In this document: positions 53,650 to 56,040 of the stretch, one piece after another
Position numbering within the stretch: position 1 is the first letter of the stretch
Layout: every line of letters starts with the position of its first letter
Source of the DNA: a virus
Taxonomy: Duplodnaviria > Caudoviricetes
Virus record (IMG/VR): IMGVR_UViG_3300045256_000426
Span: 1-56,040 of that record
Length of the DNA: 56,040 nucleotides
Strand: one strand, 5' to 3'
Position numbers and translations under genes: made by a program
The notes under the pieces: generated by a model
Databases searched by the model: none
Told to the model about the DNA's origin: nothing
The model's input: only the letters and a program-made list of their open reading frames with translations

Positions 53650-56040
53650 CTAGTGGAGAACGCGTTCTTGACGGGTACGGGAGGGACGAAGCTCCCGACG
53701 CTGTTGGAGCATCCGGTCGCGGTTGTAGAGCCTCTCTCCGCGCTGGACTTCCGGAGACTTGGGTAGGATCGACTCGGGAATGAGGGCGCCGAATCGCTTG
53801 GGAGGATTCCCCACGGCGTTGTGCGCGGCGAGCGTGGCCATCGCGAAGATCCGCAGAAGATGGCCGGGGTCGTTATCTTGCAGGTACTTCTCGAACTCGT
53901 AGGTCGCGCCGTAGGGATCCGCGATCTGCGCGAGCCCCCAGAACGTCCGCCGCACGAACTTCATGTCGAGCTTACCGGTCGCGATGGCGTCGGTGAGGTT
54001 GCGCCAGAAGTACCCCGACGATTGCCCGCCTGGGCCGAAGAGGCCCGTCGTCGCAAGGAACGCCAGGAGGGCTTTTCGCCCCTCTGGGAGGCCTCTGCGG
54101 CCGGCGTCGAGCAGGCCGTACAGTGGCCCCTCGATGTAGTCGATCGGTGCATGCAGCCAGAAGCCGGTCTTGCGGTAGAGCTCCTCACGGAGCAGGTCGA
54201 TCGCCCCGACCCACAAAACCGCCCGGACCGGATTTTCGCGCATCGACTTTACCAGCGAGACAACCGTGCCTACCCGCCACGGTACGAAGAAGTTGAACGG
54301 CATTGATTTCCAGACATCCATCGCCTTCGACCGCATCGCGTACCGGACAAGATCGAGGTTGACACGATTGGCCGCGTCTTGGGGTTCGACGCCCGCCTCG
54401 ATGTACTGTTTGAACCGGGCGGCCTTCGCCGCCGGATCCGCAATCGAGAACGTACGCCTTGAGCTCCAACGTTGTACCGAGGTGAGGGGTGTGGCGACGC
54501 GAGAGAGAAGCCCGCGCCCCCGAATGTCTTGGAGGGTCTGGTGGAAGACGTCGCTAGCCATCTGACCCTCTGGGTCGAACGGCATGTACCTCTCGAACAG
54601 CGCGCGCATTTCGGGGTTACTACCCTGTAGGTACTCGCGCCTGTCCTGGAGGAGACGTGTCATCTTGCCGCCGCTGAGACCGAACTTGTACCAGATGTTC
54701 TTGAACTCGTGGGGGTACGGGATAATGAGGTTCGGCGAACGGAGGAAGCGATTGCCGAAGTCCACCACGCGGGCCAACGCGCCGAGTATGTGTGGATTCG
54801 AGAGGTGGTCGCGGATGAACTGGCCGTATTCTGGGAGGGTCGTCCACCATTCCCCACCTCCGGGAATGCCCGTTACCCGGTAGGGGCGACCTCCGCCCAT
54901 CGCCTCACTCGCGGCTTTCTCTGCGCGGAAGAGGATTCCGTTGTCTTCCAGGCTCTTGATGAACTGGTAGGTCTTAACCATCTTCTGCCCAGCCCAGATA
55001 CGGAGCCAGAGAGCGAGACGAGGATCTGCGTATTTCTCCCCGGCCTCCATCCCTATCGACATCGTTGGGAATATCCGAGGCTTCTCGAACGCACCGAGTG
55101 TCGTCCGGATATCACTTCGTAGGCCGGTAGACGCCCTTGAGAGGGAGATGACGCGGCTCAAGTCTTTCTCGGCTACGTGCGGGACAACGTAGAAAGGCTC
55201 GTCGAATAACGGTCTCTCGCGGAAGAATAGGGCGGCTTCTTGTTCCTGCGGTCGAAGCACCTTGCGGAGATAGTCCGTGCCCGAACGAATCTCCGGCGGC
55301 AGCGTACCGTACGCCGCCTCCGCATCCCCCGTCTTTTTCCAGATGCGGTACGCACGCGCTTCGGCAGCAACCCACGCACCAGGATCGGTCACACGAAGCG
55401 CCGGGAGCTTCGAGGCGTCCCGCATCGCAGCCGTTAGATCCGTCGCCGCCTGGTCATGCAGCGTCACCAGCGGATGGTTGGGGTTCACCCGCCACAGCCT
55501 ATAGTCTACGGGCAGCTTGTCCCTGACCCATGCCTTTGCGCGGGCCCAGTAGGATTCCTGGGGAGTCGGGATATGCGGTGGGGCAACCGGCGTCGGCGAT
55601 GTGGCCGTAGCGGCCTCTTGTAGTGCCGCTGCTTTCCGCGCGTCTCCCAAGGCGATGCCAAGAGGGTCGAGGGACGAAGGCTCGACCTCACGTACCCCCT
55701 CGGGGCCGTAACGAAGACGAGGACGTTGTAGCGCGGCTGCCTTCTGCGTGTCTCCCGCGGTGATACCGAGAGTATCCGGGATCGTAGGTTCAGCCGGAGG
55801 GTGATTCGATGCCGAGGGAGAGGGTACCGAGGGAGGGGGTACCTCACGTACCCCTTCCGGACCGTAACGAAGACGAAGACGCGACGCCGAGGCGGGCGTT
55901 GTCTCCGCCGCCTCCGTGGCCTTTGTCGCGGCGCCCTGCGCGGCCGGCGTCCCTAGTCGTTTGCCGAGCGCACCGAGCGTTTCCTCGGCTTTCTCTGCGA
56001 TGTCCGGGTGTACGCCGGCGCCGAAGCGCTGGGCGATCGA
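53650..56040 (-). CDS. 3' part of the large internal virion protein (5' end at 771)
   Basis: Frame stays open upstream of TTG 55650 to the window end; helical, FFVPW segment. Confidence 0.75.
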   Translation of the reverse strand, partial: SIAQRFGAGVHPDIAEKAEETLGALGKRLGTPAAQGAATKATEAAETTPASASRLRLRYGPEGVREVPPPSVPSPSASNHPPAEPTIPDTLGITAGDTQKAAALQRPRLRYGPEGVREVEPSSLDPLGIALGDARKAAALQEAATATSPTPVAPPHIPTPQESYWARAKAWVRDKLPVDYRLWRVNPNHPLVTLHDQAATDLTAAMRDASKLPALRVTDPGAWVAAEARAYRIWKKTGDAEAAYGTLPPEIRSGTDYLRKVLRPQEQEAALFFRERPLFDEPFYVVPHVAEKDLSRVISLSRASTGLRSDIRTTLGAFEKPRIFPTMSIGMEAGEKYADPRLALWLRIWAGQKMVKTYQFIKSLEDNGILFRAEKAASEAMGGGRPYRVTGIPGGGEWWTTLPEYGQFIRDHLSNPHILGALARVVDFGNRFLRSPNLIIPYPHEFKNIWYKFGLSGGKMTRLLQDRREYLQGSNPEMRALFERYMPFDPEGQMASDVFHQTLQDIRGRGLLSRVATPLTSVQRWSSRRTFSIADPAAKAARFKQYIEAGVEPQDAANRVNLDLVRYAMRSKAMDVWKSMPFNFFVPWRVGTVVSLVKSMRENPVRAVLWVGAIDLLREELYRKTGFWLHAPIDYIEGPLYGLLDAGRRGLPEGRKALLAFLATTGLFGPGGQSSGYFWRNLTDAIATGKLDMKFVRRTFWGLAQIADPYGATYEFEKYLQDNDPGHLLRIFAMATLAAHNAVGNPPKRFGALIPESILPKSPEVQRGERLYNRDRMLQQRRELRPSRTRQERVLH
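55672..56040. repeat. Terminal direct repeat or circular overlap, copy 2
   Basis: See 1-369. Confidence 0.95.

Noticed and set aside
1-56040. Integrase/repressor lysogeny module or flanking host DNA
   Set aside because: No tyrosine or serine recombinase or CI-like gene recognised, and the ends overlap within a phage gene

Overview
The window appears to be a complete, circularly assembled genome (about 55.67 kb) of a high-GC tailed phage, most likely a podovirus. Positions 1-369 recur at 55672-56040 with about 12 substitutions, and a ~930-aa virion protein gene runs across that junction. The minus-strand arm (21.2 kb to 1, wrapping to 49.4 kb) holds a histidine phosphatase, a secreted M48-like protease, a sigma70-like factor, terminase, portal, scaffold, major capsid, adaptor, nozzle, five ejection-type proteins, tail fibre and a lysis module. 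The plus-strand arm (21.8-49.3 kb) holds early hypothetical genes, a phiEco32-like amidoligase cluster (two COOH-NH2 ligases, Ntn glutamine amidotransferase, ATP-grasp, gamma-glutamylcyclotransferase), primase, a UDG plus family A polymerase split inside its exonuclease domain, exonuclease, DnaB helicase, nucleotide-metabolism genes and RuvC. The most unusual observations are repeated apparent ATC/CTG/ATA start codons, two GTAC-rich repeat arrays sharing a perfect 29-bp inverted repeat 14.7 kb apart, two highly base-paired non-coding regions, a sigma factor next to proteases in the morphogenesis arm with a candidate target motif, and several recent internal duplications. No integrase, tRNA, CRISPR array or reverse transcriptase was recognised. 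All function calls come from motifs and gene order read by eye; no database search was run.
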